A stretch of 63,252 nt of DNA, taken from Stylophora pistillata. Lineage: Eukaryota. The notes below the pieces were generated by a model that saw only the letters and a list, made by a program, of their open reading frames with translations, was not told where the DNA came from and made no database searches. Positions 26,755 to 40,900 of the stretch are shown here, piece by piece (within the stretch, counting starts at the first letter, position 1; each line of letters starts with the position of its first letter). The translations under genes were made by a program, and so were the position numbers. The stretch covers positions 1 to 63,252 of the forward strand of contig NW_019218306.1 of NCBI RefSeq assembly GCF_002571385.2, in the 5' to 3' direction.

Positions 26755-29700
26755 AGCGAGTGCTTGGATGCAGTGGATGAGGATGAAAATTCTTCGAAGC
26801 TTCTCGCCCTAAACGAAAAAAACAATCAGAGAGAAACATTGAGATTCGTGCATCGCTCAAATGATGCGAAGTGATATGCGATTTGCTTTCATGGGCACGA
26901 TTTGACTGACATTACAAATATATTAAATGTGAAATTGCTGATATGATGTCAAAGCCTTTCTTCACTACAATTAATTATTTACCTAAACTAAACAAGCAAA
27001 TTCAGCTGCCTCTAGAAAGTTGACAATCAGTTTTGCCTCCAGCCAGAACGAGAAAGTGACCATTAAATCTGTATGAATATTATCTCACAATTTTGTTTTT
27101 CGCGTTTATCATATTTTGAATGAAACCTTTTCCCTAAGCAATTTTCATTGTAATGTTTTTCACTCCAATGCTTACGATAGAACACAAAGACATTGATTAG
27201 AGGTCTTCTTTCACAGGTTTTTTTTCTTTTGTTTTTGTTTTCTTCACATGGAATAATTGCGTTTTTCACTCATAAGAAAGGCTCTCCCAAACATCTTGTT
27301 TGACTTATAATTGGGGTTGTAGAAGAGGATCGATTCTTAATATATTATGCAAATTCAAAATCTTCTTCAAAGATAACAAAAACTGAAGTGAAACCTTATG
27401 ATAGCAAACAAAAACAGACAATTCATACCAAGAGCCAATTCTACTATTCCAGAACAATCGAAATTTGTGCGCTTCAAGGAAGTAATAATTTCATTTTTAC
27501 TAGATGGTATAAGTTTACAAAGGCTAAAACGGATTTCTGAACGAGTAATTTTATCAGACACAGAAAAAGACAAACTAATTAAAGAGTCAACTGTGCGATT
27601 CCAGAAAGATTGAAACATCTGTACATCAAGAAAGTCTGTAATCATTTTATTTTGACTAGGTGGCGTGTAATTTACATGAGGTGTAACTTGTTTAAACAAG
27701 TTTAAACTTGTCTAAAGAAATCATTTTGTCAGATTATTCGTTGAATGTTGAACACTAAGAAATAGCAAAGCACAATCAGCAAACACAATGGGAGACAAAG
27801 CATAATGAAAACAATTTTCTTAGAACTCAACGCCTAAGTTCTTTTACAACTTTTATTTTACCAGTTGTCCTTGGGTTATAATTTTGAAAGGAGCCAAAAT
27901 AGTTACTTCCCAAATGGAAACTGGTTGTCAGAAAACGAAGGTGCTATTTATAACCAGCAGCTCAAATAACATCTTTAAAAATTTCAGCCAAAACTAAAGG
28001 TGATTGAAGTCAACCTGGGAAATATCAATTTCATGAAGAATTTCATCGAATACACTTGATATGTGTTATAAAATGTTTCAGTTAAATGTCATTTAACTAC
28101 GGCATAAACAAAATTTCTGTTTATCATTTCTATTTTAATTCTGAGGTCCTTCTCCTTCGGTAATTATCGCCTCCACCCTTCGTGGGGAGGCTCATCTCAC
28201 TTTTTGTCCCGCCAGTACGTGATGATGAAATGATAAAAATCGTATCTTGACGTCTTGGTCATTTTCTGGCCTCAAAGATCCATTAAAATAAGTTGTCAAG
28301 GTTTTTGTTATAATGTAATCGCAATTACAGCCATAACCTAATAGTGGACTACATAAGTAACCTATTACACTTAGCACAGGTCACGTAGCTTAATAAATAC
28401 AAACAGAAATGCTTTTCCTAATAACGTCCAAGATCATTTTTAGAGATTTTTATGGTACTGAGGCTACCACAATCAAGAACTCTCTGAATCATTAACATTC
28501 TTAAAAGTAAACAGGCGCCTTCTCTCTAGGTCAGAAATGTCTCAACGCGTTGACTACAACGAACTTCATTAAGTTTATATAACAGCGTGTTGTTTAAAAA
28601 TACTAAATTTTCAAAGCTGAACATTTTAGATGTTCAAAGTAGACCAAGCCAGAAATAGATACTAAAAAGAAAGCATTACCTTCGTGAAATGTTGAGTTTA
28701 CACCGTGACCACGGGCTCTTTCGGTTAGAATTAATAGCAGGATATCAGAGGTCTAGTTGAAACCACAAAGATTTCAACAATGTTCCACCGAAACCAAAAG
28801 GCTGCAATATTGAAAAATTTACCAAAATAGAAAACAACAGATACCACTGATCAAAGCCGCGAATTAACTCGACAACATCGAAAAACTCACCCCTAACTTA
28901 AGGTCACTTAATATCGGAAAGTGACCTTCAATGAATTTATTAATTTTACCTCTCTTGAGTCTTGAGAAAGATTGCACATACGTAAGCTATGTGACAGAAG
29001 CCTTTTTAACGTGAAATGAACAACTAGTGGCCGCCTTCAATTACTGAGAACCCAGAATAAAAGTAACTGATCGCCTACACTGTTCCTTACCAATGTGCTT
29101 CACATTATTGTCCCTTAAAAAAATTCATCTGTAGAATCTATCTCCCTTGTAACAGAGTGATCTGACTCATTACAGTTAAGCATTCGTCCCTACATGAGGG
29201 ATGATTCAATGGCTGATTTAAAAAACTGGTGCAGTAAGCGCAAAGAGGTTTGTGTTCCAATAAAAATTCTGATGGCTTCAACCAATTCCCAAAATAGTTC
29301 TCTGGAAACATCATTTGCTAAGTTTGTTATGACTACTTACAAAGTTATTCTTTGAGGCCAAATGGAAAACTACTTACTTTCTGCTCTAACGTATTTTGTC
29401 ACGAAACCCAAGCAAAAAGCTGTGCCTTAGCTGGCTTTGTTTTCATCGCTCAGTATTTTATGATTAATCGTCAAACATGCGCAAAAAAACTAACTAATAT
29501 ATATGCTTCAATTTTATACTTGTTGGCCTATAGAAGAGAGCCTTTTGACGTCATGAAGGCACGTTGTCATTACAATTTCGACATCCTTCCAAACGACTTA
29601 CCTTTCTCTATTACTTGCCTTTTGTTAAAGTTGTAACCGTAGAATGTTCTTGTAGAAGACAATGCCTTTTATCCAACTCTACACATCACATGTAGTGTTC

Positions 29701-32468
29701 AATGCACCAAATTTAGCACCTATTGATGAAGAACAAATGTGCGGAGGCCAGTTGAGATAGAAAAAAACTAATGAATAATTCTTACATATTGCCGCACGGT
29801 ATTCTGACACTTCCTCAATTTTTTCTTTTTTTCTCTTTTTTTTTTAGCAGTTTTACATGTAGCTTTAACGTGATCCGATTTACTTCGAGTCCTGGGCTGC
29901 GAAGTTTCATTCTACGAAAGAGGAAAAACACCTGCTCATCATAACCTTGCCGTAAACTTTCCCCAAAGACAGATTCCATATCATAATAATTGAATGTAGT
30001 GAAGACAAAATATGAGAAATAGGGAAAAGACTTTATAAATATCATTGTAGTTACTAATTTGTACACTAAACCATGATGGTATGCTTTAAGCAAGAACTTG
30101 AATTCTTGGGTGGGTCTTGTATTCTGATAATGACGTAACGTAAGCTCTGCATCATGCTTAAACAGATTGTGTTTGTATTCTTATCAGGAATATGCGTAGG
30201 CACGCGTAGGAAGAACGGATCACGCATCAGTGGCACGAACCACTCATCACGGATAGTGGATTACGGATCACGTATCCCGAGGCACGAACAGTTACCATCT
30301 ATCACTTATCACGCTTATTTTTTCAATAGGAGACCTATTGCATTTCAAGAAAAATATAAACATTCAGTTTTCTGAGCGTCCACATTTACAAAGGCTTTTA
30401 CGCTGAAAGCAATAAAGATTTTGTATATCAGATACGAGTATATCCCACTTTAAGTTTTAAAAGAAAAACCATTGTACGATAAATAGTGCACAGTTCATTG
30501 AAACTGTTTCAGTTGAAAAATATTTGGCCTAATGTGGCTTTGTAATTCGCACAAGGTTCAACTCCCATCAATTAGGGGATATATCCATGGTGCACTCATT
30601 AAATATGGTAAATTTTCTAGAATCATAACACCGTGAGGTTCATGTTAATTATAATTTCGAGAGTTATCATTGACATTTTCTGCACCATATGATTTTTTCG
30701 CGATCGAAAAACCTAAAGAAAAAACTATGCATTGAGTAAAATCAATCATTGAAAATAATGTTGAGTGAAACTTAATTTTGAAGCCTGAAGTTTGAGAATA
30801 AAGCATTTTGCCCCTGTCCGTCGATTATTTCAGCTGTTCGTTGAAAAGTAATGAAGGCTTAAAAAATATCTTGAAAAGAGCGATTATTTTAGATTTACAT
30901 AGAACTATAAAGGTGGGACATATCCCTAGTCAATCTACTTTTTTATGAAATGATATTTTCTTCTCTCATTCAGCCATGTTTTGATCAATTTTACAATCTT
31001 ACAACCTCCAACAATATCACTCTTGCAAAAGTTTAGTATTTTGTCGGTAACAAATACACGTAACAGCTGTTGCATAAACCAGGGAGAATGATAAAACCAA
31101 GATTTTTTGGCTGGATGTACTACGCAGTACAAATTGGTCATATGTTTTGGTCATAATATAAGGATGCACGGATCTTAAAGACTTTGGGTAGTTAATAACA
31201 ACTTTGAATGTAATTTTTGTTTAAAAAAGTTACCTCTTATTTCACGGTTACATAATTAATATTTTTTCAGAATTAGAGCAGAGTCTGCGACCTTGATAAT
31301 TACATGTTTCCTTACCTTTTTAAAGTTATCTTCAAACCTTGGTAAGCCTTGATCAGTTCCTAAACCTTACGCGGAGCAATTGGAAGTTCCCCGCAGTTGC
31401 TCAGTGCTTTGCTTCAAACCCATCACGAGAGTTATGAATAATTAACTTATGTTGCCAGATTAACATAAAAAACACATTATCTTTCGATTATAAATCAATA
31501 TCCATTGAGTTTAATTTTATATTGCAGGCGAGGAAACACAAAAAGAACTAGTTAAATCTATCTGATCCATCACAGTTATTTCATTTGGGTTAAACATGAT
31601 TTTTTCAAGTAAATTGAAGTTTTGATTCCCACAAAGCCATCCATAAAACAGTGATGTAAAACTCTGTGTATTATGTACATAATTATGTAACATCAATCCT
31701 CGCTCTGTACGTGACTATGGAGACCATTACTTTAAATATCTTAACCACATGAGTTCTTTGTCTTGTGAACTTCTTGCACAAATTTAAATGACAATGGGGA
31801 CAAATATTGATAAACCTTACGAGGAATAAGTCTTAAAAAGACACAAATGAGTTTTTATTCATTGTGCCTAAAATAGTAAATCGTGGGCGACTTGTCAAGT
31901 AAAGGACAAACATCAAAAGTGCAAAGCCAGCTGTCGGGAACAATTTGAGGGGCATTTTTAAGGGTGATGTTGAAGATGGATCCCGGGGGTTCGATAATAA
32001 TATTCTCTTAAGAATTAAGGTAAAGAGGAGCCGCTCTCCGTCTTTGGTTTTTGATAGTGATTGGTCAGTTTAATTTAATGTCGCCAATAAGATCAATGTA
32101 TTACGAGGTCGAATAAGCTTGAACTATTTGGAATTTCTATATTAATTCAGTGTTGTCCATTATCTATTTCATGTCGTAAACAAATCCTGGAGACGAAAAT
32201 GGCCAAAAATGACATCTGATTTAAGTTTACTCTCTTTTCAGGTAATCCTTAGTCCGATCTTCAAAAATAGCTTCAACATGCCTTATCCACCGCTATAAGG
32301 TCAATACTTACTATCGATCAATACCAGAGGGCAGAATTTAAGTTTTATCCTTTGCAGCTTTCTTCAAACGTCACGCTGAACTGTGCCTCTCTCGATCGCC
32401 ACTCAGTCGCAGTGTGGTTTTAGCCCATAGATGGCGCTATGATTGTCATTAAAGTTACATTTTCTTAG

Positions 32469-35400
32469 ATTCGATATGACGCAGCAGTGAAAGCACCTAC
32501 AAAAATAAGTTTTATGAAGAGAAGAAGGTCTGAAATTGTGGCCGGGCTCGTTATCAGTTAGACTTGGCTCCAATCAAGAAATTCCCAGTGTCTGATGACT
32601 TTGCTACTGCTGTTTGTGGTTTACTGATGATTACTCTGAACAAACAAACAAACAAACGTACTTCAACTTCATTGAAAGATGGGGAACTGTAAGTCAGTTA
32701 GGAACATAAGAAATCATTAGGGATCAGTTGTTATTTATACCAAACAGAGTATAAAAGTGGACTATAGAAAACTGACTGTCAATGAGAAAAGATTACTAGA
32801 ATAATACAGNNNNNNNNNNNNNNNNNNNNNNNNNNNNNNNNNNNNNNNNNNNNNNNNNNNNNNNNNNNNNNNNNNNNNNNNNNNNNNNNNNNNNNNNNNN
32901 NNNNNNNNNNNNNNNNNNNNNNNNNNNNNNNNNNNNNNNNNNNNNNNNNNNNNNNNNNNNNNNNNNNNNNNNNNNNNNNNNNNNNNNNNNNNNNNNNNNN
33001 NNNNNNNNNNNNNNNNNNNNNNNNNNNNNNNNNNNNNNNNNNNNNNNNNNNNNNNNNNNNNNNNNNNNNNNNNNNNNNNNNNNNNNNNNNNNNNNNNNNN
33101 NNNNNNNNNNNNNNNNNNNNNNNNNNNNNNNNNNNNNNNNNNNNNNNNNNNNNNNNNNNNNNNNNNNNNNNNNNNNNNNNNNNNNNNNNNNNNNNNNNNN
33201 NNNNNNNNNNNNGAGGGGGATCAGGGAAATGTTATTGAAACACAATCAAAATCCTATAGCCCCTAAAAAGAATAATTTATCATATTTAAGATATTAGGAA
33301 GTGTTAAGGCTATTCATTTTTGCCTTTTTTTTTTTTACGATAGAGAAAGAAAGAAATTGTATCTCTTTTGAAACATCATAAAACCTGGAAACAGATCATT
33401 AAGGGTTATAATGGCATTTCTGACTCGACAAGCCGCACAGCGTTCTAACTATTATAAGTAGAATCATAGTTTGACAGACCCAACGAAGCTATTGATGGCA
33501 TGGTTTATTATAATATGAAACTCGGCTGTTTTTTTCTGAAATAATAAATACTGATTTTCATTTAATTTTTGCACATTGTAGTTGAAGTGGAGTTGGGAGA
33601 GGTTGTCGAGCGTTCCAAAGAAAGCCAAACAGAATTTATAAAACACGCCATCCAAAATGTAAGTAGCTACGGAACCTGCCTTTTTTCGCTGCAATTACAA
33701 TAATCTCGGGATTTCCGACCCTCTCGCCAGAGAAGCATATAAACGTTGTACGCTATAATATACGCCTAAGGCTTGAACTAACTCTTTCGGGCACAATAAG
33801 CATCTCAAGTGGATATTTTAAAGTCACAATTGCAGAAATTACGTCTAATCTCCCCACGGAGAGTGGGGTGGGGCTGACACCATCTGAACCAAGAAGTGAA
33901 GCTGAGAATTGAGATATTGTTTATTTGTTTTCTCTTAGATTAAGGGTTCTCTGTTACCTTCGGGATCTCTTGCTGGCTTCTCCGGATCACTGACAGTTAA
34001 CATGGACAAATTCCGTGAACAGATCACGCAGGAAGATAAATTTGGGAAACACAAAATCGTTCTGACATCTGGAGGGATGGACATCCCTGAGCCAATAGGA
34101 TAAAAGCTTGTTCCTGTGTACGAGTCCCTCAACAGAAAATTTTACCAATTGTCGGATGCAGGATCTGGGCCAGTGTGCAAACATACGGAATCACTTTTGA
34201 GGTCCAGAAAGAATAATTTGGTACAATCCTGAAGGAACATCCGCGGCTGGAGGGTGCCAATGCACCAATTAGTAAATAAAGATATCTTAATCCGCCAGCT
34301 CAAAATCGTGAGGGGTTCTCCTCTGCAAGGAAACTTCCTGAATTTGCCGTGTGGACTCAATCTCCTAAATTATCATTGGAAATCTAAGTAGTGGACGCTC
34401 ATATTCAAATTAATACTTTTTTGATAACACGAGTGAAAAAACATAACATCGTTCTTTTTCTTCATAGTCAATTAGGTTCATTGTCTCCATTTTTTTTCAA
34501 AACTGGCCAATATTCGAATTTTACAACGCAAAAAGAAACAAATTTTGATCTGGCCCTGAAAAGTGTGCCGGAAATTATGACAAAATGTTAATGCATCAAG
34601 ATAACTTCTGTAATTATTAAAGAACTTTTTGTACCTGTCTGATTTTCTCATCGTTTTTCCCTTTCCTTTTTTATTTATTTTTTTTTGGTTTTTTACTTTT
34701 TCTTTCTTCTCATAGATCCCCCGGTAGTTATACCGCTGACCTGGCCCCAGGGAACCTATGGCCTTCCCATGACCACCCACGGCTGTCCTAATGAAGCTTG
34801 TTTCACATGGCATCATGGGTATCGTTATCTTGAAAACGAGATTGATAACAGCTGGTCTTTTCCCTACCACCTGGCGGGTAAAAGGAGTATTTGGACGAAC
34901 CAAAAGGCGTACTGTGTCAAGACCAAGGCCCAGGGGCCCGTTTCTCGAAAGTCCCGGCAACTTAACGGACCCGTAAAGCTGTTCTGTTTTCATTCAAGAT
35001 GGGAATTTCAAAAGTTTTGAAAATAATAAAATAAAACTGTCAGCTAAAGAAACAAAATGGACTAATTTGTGAGCTAGAATCTGCTTTTCTATCCTTTAAA
35101 TTTTGATTTGAAAACTTGGCTTCGGGCCCGTTAAGTTACCGGGACTTTCGAGAAACGGACCACAGGGCACAAAATATGACGTAACTTGGTCACCAGGACA
35201 ATATTGTCTCTTCAAGAAAGGAGACTGTCCGGAAGGTTTGTTTTTGTTAACAAAATAATTATTAATAATTATTAATAATTATTAATAATTATAAGCAGAA
35301 CAACTTTAATATTGTTTGTAATCAAAAAAGCATAAATTCGTATGCCGTTTAGCTTTTCAAACCAGAGATCACTTGTTAACACCATTGTTATTGAGATTAA

Positions 35401-36115
35401 TTAAATTATCTATATCTGAGCCTGCTAAGAGAAATAGAGAGTAAAGAAATGGAATATGATGATAAAACTGGCCTTCAAGTTTCCTACCCTCAGTTTGTTG
35501 ATAAATATGAATTTTAAAGAGTTGAACTTTTTAAAGAAAATAAGGTACTTACGATCATTTTACCGCACAACCAAATCTGACACGAGAAGATTATTCGTCA
35601 TTCATATCTCGTTTGAACTATTTTCAAGTTTTGTTTATAGAATAAGAAAGATGGTACATTCGTCTATATTTTCAAGTACTGTACTCTGGTCTACTCATTT
35701 TTCTGTAAACCTGATATTTCATTCATCTCTTAAGCATATACATGATACTTTGATATTTTCGACAGGTTTCAAAACTGGTTTCATTCCCTGGGACGATGAA
35801 AATAACGATAACAACAACAATTTCAGGGGAGCAATGCCTATGGCAAGTTTGTCAAAAACATTCTAATGGAGTACTGCGGCCGCACGGATGGACACGCTGA
35901 AAACGACATCATCCTGCCCACCGACACTCCGTTCGTGTTTTTCAATTCGAACTCTCATCAGTGTCAGCATGTACAGGGCATGCGTTGGAAGAAGGAATGG
36001 TTCTAGTGGGATACCAAAGGACTGGTCTTTCTCTGGAAACGAAAAACTGGGATCTGTTCCGTATGAGGAAGTCCGGAGGAATATCAAGTTGTATGATTTT
36101 TATTATTACCGGTAA
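32469..36115 (+). pseudogene. MACPF + ApeC (apextrin-like) pseudogene, copy 1
   Basis: Exons 32469-32688 (GRARYQLDLA...YFNFIERWGT, MACPF signature), 33939-34271 (TSGGMDIPEPIG*KLVP), 34716-35235 (WPQGTYGLPM...GQYCLFKKGDCP) and 35766-36115 (WDDEN...ILPTDTPF...CQHVQGM). Contains stops (34101, 36004), frameshifts and a MITE. Confidence 0.85.
34934..35162. mobile_element. MITE (PIF/Harbinger-like, 3-bp TSD) inside an ApeC exon
   Basis: TIRs GGGCCCGTTTCTCGAAAGTCCCGG / CCGGGACTTTCGAGAAACGGACCA, with CAG repeated at 34931-34933 and 35163-35165. Removal restores KAQGTKYDVTW. Confidence 0.88.
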
Positions 36116-36202
36116 ACTGAACCGAGGCTACTTGCTCGAGAAATGTTGTTCATGAATAATAAAGATAAGAGAAATACGTCATCTATTAGTTTCTTAATTG
36201 GT

Positions 36203-36920
36203 GATGATGATGATGAAACTTTATTAAGGTGTCTAAAGAAACCTCCTAGCTTAGGTTAGAAACCTGTGCTTATTAGGGGACACAACATAAATAAATATAA
36301 ATTAAGGTAAAAATATCTAAATATATGCTCAAGTATAAATGATATCGGTATTTACAGTATGACAAATGTATCTATGAATTACAAAGATGACAGCACTTGC
36401 ATCCATTATCCATTAGTGTAACTAAATCTGATGTACGTATTTTGTTTTTGAAACATTTTAAGGTGGTAACTTTTCTCAAGTCTGGGGATAATTCTCCCCA
36501 GAGATTGGGCCCTAAATGGCGGAGGGAGTGCCTGGCATATGTTACCGTATTGTACCTGGCAACGGAGAAATCAGACTGCCTTAGGCTATAGTTAGATCTA
36601 TGCTTAATAAAAATGTCACTAATATAGGAGGGACATAGATTGTTCTTGGCTTTATACATTAAAACGCAAATGTCTTGTAATCTCCTGTTCTGCAAACTAG
36701 GGAGTTCTGCTCTTTTTAGAAGTTCAGGATAACTAGCATTGCTCCTAAAGACAGCACGCAGCACGCAGCACGCAGCACGCAGCACGCAGCACGCAGCACG
36801 CAGCATGCAGCACGCAGGCCCCTTTCTTGCATCCGCTCGATTTTACGAGAATCACTGGCTCGGCAAAAGTGCCACATAAGGTGGCAATATGTAAGGTGCG
36901 GCAGTATTGCTGTTTTGAAC
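36203..36920 (-). mobile_element. LINE 3' fragment (L2/CR1 group) with (CAT)n tail
   Basis: FKTAILPHLTYCHLMWHFC...ERMQERGLRA, then ELPSLQNRRLQDI...SLRHLGPNLW; microsatellite tail at ~36203-36215. Confidence 0.85.
36752..36817. repeat. Heptamer tandem repeat (CAGCACG)x9 inside the LINE ORF
   Basis: Nine units counted directly, one of them the variant CAGCATG. Confidence 0.95.
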
Positions 36921-37957
36921 GCGCCTCACAAAATAGTTCTTAAAGATCTTCAAAGAAGCTCCGCCTTCTATATCAGGTGGTATGTAAGTACAAAAGGAAA
37001 AAAAGACACCTTGGAACCGTAACTAGAGCGTCTCAAAAAGGGTTTGACGTAGATCCAACAGGAGTGGTGCCAGATAAAAGATGTGTGCTTTGTGGGTTGG
37101 TACAACTTTGTAGGTTAAAGCAGGTTTATATAAAGCAGGTTTATATAACAGGTACAAAATGGATGTTGGACGGCAAACAAACTGACGTAGCACGCAATTT
37201 TCAGGATTTCAAGATAGATCAATTTTATTTCCCCCTTTTTTCCTCATCAAGATTTTTCTTTGTTCTGTTCTGTTTATAATTCTGGGAACTGTAAAGCAAA
37301 TGGCTCTCAGAAATCTGATCTTTCTTCGCTGAATTCCGAATTATTACGAAAGATATCGAAATATTGCTGGTGTGCAATTGTTGCAGAGCAGTGGAGTTAA
37401 AATGATTTTTTTCACATATCCGACATCCATGCAGTACTTTACTTTTTTCCACAAAGTGTATATATCCATCCTTATCTGTTTCTATATGTCCATTCCTAAA
37501 TCTTTTTTAGATTTTCTAAAATTATCGTGACAAGGAACATGCAGTAACGCAACTTTTGATTACCCAATGATGTCTCGACTGATGTGTTGGGGGAATCCCC
37601 GAAAGTTGATGCTGTCATAAATACAGTATTCGGGGAAAAATAAACTTATGTTTGCATTTTATCCTTAAAATTAATACCATTTCATCGCCAACGAAGCATT
37701 TTTTTCACAGCTTCAATCGGCAACTGTTTTCGCTGATGCATCCTCTTTAATTTAGAATCGAGAATCAAACTTGTAAGCTTTGTGTGAAACCGGCAAAGGG
37801 ATTTGAATCGTAATAATTCACCGACTGGTTCCGCACCGAACAGGAAAATTTCTGATGCAATATATTCGCATTCCTTTTCTTTAGAAAAGGAGAGGTCTCG
37901 AGGGGCTTCAATCATTTCTGGTCGGTATAAACGTAACAAGGAAATTCTGGTAGAACC

Positions 37958-40900
37958 ATGGCAATGAATCTTCTAGGTAACCGAGTTGTTCGTGGCGAAG
38001 ATTGGCAATGGGGAAACCAAGATGGAGGAGAAGGTTTTGTAGGGACAGTAGTTCAAGTCGGACGAGACAAGAAGTCGCCTAGTACAGCACAGCTTGTTTA
38101 CGTACAGTGGGATTGTGGAGCGAGGGCGAACTATAGGGCTGGATTCCAAGGGAAACACGATCTTCGTGTACTCTGCCTCACAAATGGCGGTAAGTGATCA
38201 TGCCGATTTACGTTTCTTACTATTTATCATGCGTTGAGTGGAAAACATTTGCCCTGATTCAACCAAACAACTATAGTGGTGAATTATCTTCCTTAAAGAA
38301 TCATGATATAAAATGCAATTTCAGCACTTCTTTTAGGAAGCAGATTGTGTAACACATAAGCAGACACATCGTGGTATAAAATGCAGTCTCAGCACTTCTT
38401 TTAGAAAGCGAATGTTGCAACAATTTCAGTGAATTAACACAGTAGCAGGTTTGACGGACATGCGGTTGACCAGAAAAAAATCATTGGATTTTCAACTGAA
38501 GTTGAAATCCCTGGACAAACTGACTTGAAACTTAAAAAGCGATCCTTGTTTCAAATTTAATACTTTATTAGTAAATGCTTTCCTTGCAAAATTGTGAGTC
38601 GTTGGACTTTTAACTATCGCCTTTCATAAACTTATAGACAGAATTCCAAATCTCTGACCACGTTGTTTGTTTGACAAGCTTTATATAGCATCACTGCTTA
38701 GTATGCAGATTTCTCATGCATAAAGCTGCTTTTAGCTACCAAAAAACCTGAAAGCTATTGTTCAAGAGTGACCTCAGATGACCTTGGCACAGATATTTTA
38801 AGGCTTCCTTGTTTTCCGGAAATTTCAACTTGTCACTGATTAAGGCTTGCGAACGCTACCGGGAAAGTAAAACAAGCAACGTGAAGGTCTTACTTTACGT
38901 TGGATTCTGCCAACAACTCAATTGATTTAAAACTCAAAGAAGCTTTTTATATAAATAAGATCAAACCTGAGCTTCACAAATAATTACAGCATTATAACAC
39001 TTTTCTAGCATTTTAGTTCACACCTTTAATTTCATGTGTGTTGTCACGCTGTAATTAGCACCCACCTTTTGTATTACATCATACTGTAAATATTTTATTC
39101 ATCTACTTGTCTGTTATATAATTACTCACGTTCAGTTACTCATTGATCGAAAATGGCATAAGCATGCCGAAACATGTCTCTAAAAAAAGTCGTATATTTC
39201 TTGCAATATTTATCCTACTTGCTACTACTACGAACTTTCAGCGTAGTTTCAAGCATTATTAATTCACGAGTCTCACTCTTCGTGTTAGTAAAAAAAAAAA
39301 ATTTACATAGCCTGGTAAACGCCTGGTCCGCATCGCAGCTGTTCTTCGGGATGATTTGAATATATCAACAAAGTTGAAATGGTAAATTGGACACCGTTAC
39401 GTTTCGAGCGTTAGCTCTTCTTCGGAGCCCTTCGTCATTCGCTCCGACGAAGGGCTAACGCTCGAAACGTCAGCTTTTATAACCGTAACCGTGTTTACGA
39501 ACCTGGTTGCTTAGAGTGAAGAGAAAAGACCCTCCTGTGTCGAAACATTCTTACCTCTGCAGTCAGCACTTTTCTGAAGATTTTTTTAAGCGTTGTGTGA
39601 GAGGAAAACGATATCTGAAAAGTGGATCTGTTCTTACAAGATTCAGTTTTTCACCGGAGGAAAAGCCAAAGCGGAAAGCTCCTGTTGATCGCTCAGCTGC
39701 AGGGGAGACAAAAACAAAGCACGAAGTCAAAGATGAAGTTCTACTGAACTCCCAGTCTAACTCTATCGATAATTTAGCAGATTTAGAATCTGTTGATATT
39801 CCATCTCAAGAAGATGGATTTCCAAGTTTCATTACTGATAAAGCTAAGGCGGCTAAAAGCAAAGAAGAACTTTTAATCGAACAACTTAAAAAAAGGGAAG
39901 AAGAAGTGAGGCGCTTGAAAGAATGTCTCCAGGTTCAGAGGAAGGAACTCGAAGAAGAACTTATTGAAAAAATTAAACTGGACTTGAACAAGAAAGGGAG
40001 CTTAGGAAAGAGTTGGAAAGTATGCTCCAACAAAGTCTCTTTAACACTGATAATATCAAGAGTAATTCAAAGTTGTTGCGATTCTATACTGGCTTTCCAA
40101 ACTATGAATTTTTCCGCAGTCCTTAGCTTTTTAAGCAGTCTTTATTGCCTTCATTATCTGCCGATTTTCTCTCAGTAAAGTAATTCATCATGTTCTCAAT
40201 TGTGAACAGTGGAAATTCAGCACTCTGGATGGGACACCAGTTTGCAGCTTGTGGAAACTCGTACGGAGTGTTCGGACAACTCGCGCTGGACGAGGAAACA
40301 TCATCATTATTTCTGGAGTCAGATGCTAAGTGTTTCCAACTTTCGGTGAAATTTTTTTCCCATCCATTTTTTATGTACGCTTAAAAGAGAGAAAAAAATA
40401 CTGTTATTGCTGTACGAATATTAGGCAGGAGGAACGATCGTACATCCTACCGCTCAGCTTTGCATTAGTTCGCGTTTGTTGGCGTCACTCGAAGCACTAC
40501 CATCTTTTTGCTGTTCCTACACGATATGAAAGCCACGTTCTCAGCCTAGGCTTGGTTAAATGACGAGGACAGTTTCCACTGAGTAATTGTAGCTTTTCTT
40601 CTTGTGAGAAAAATGGAAAATCTGGACGGGAACTCGTAATTATTTTTCTCGAATTTTCCTCACTAGGCGCTTGCTTTCTCCTGAAACATTGACCCGAAAG
40701 CTTCGATTTCGCGTAATCTGTAACTAATACCGTTGTAGCGTGGGCTCGACTGTAATAACAGCTATTTACCATTTCAATTTTGTTGATATATTCAAATTAT
40801 TTCGTTATCCCCACCGACGCAGCGCCAAACAGTTTCTTTAGAAACTATCAGCCTTTGTTCTTCGGGATGCCAATCATCGCTTCCTTCACCCCTCCTCTAA

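Noticed and set aside
27367-27699. 110-aa minus-strand ORF, possibly a retroelement C-terminus
   Set aside because: No diagnostic motif could be recognised.
39507-40178. Host THAP-domain gene
   Set aside because: Lacks the THAP N-terminal Cys pair, is frameshifted and sits inside nested repeats in an intron.
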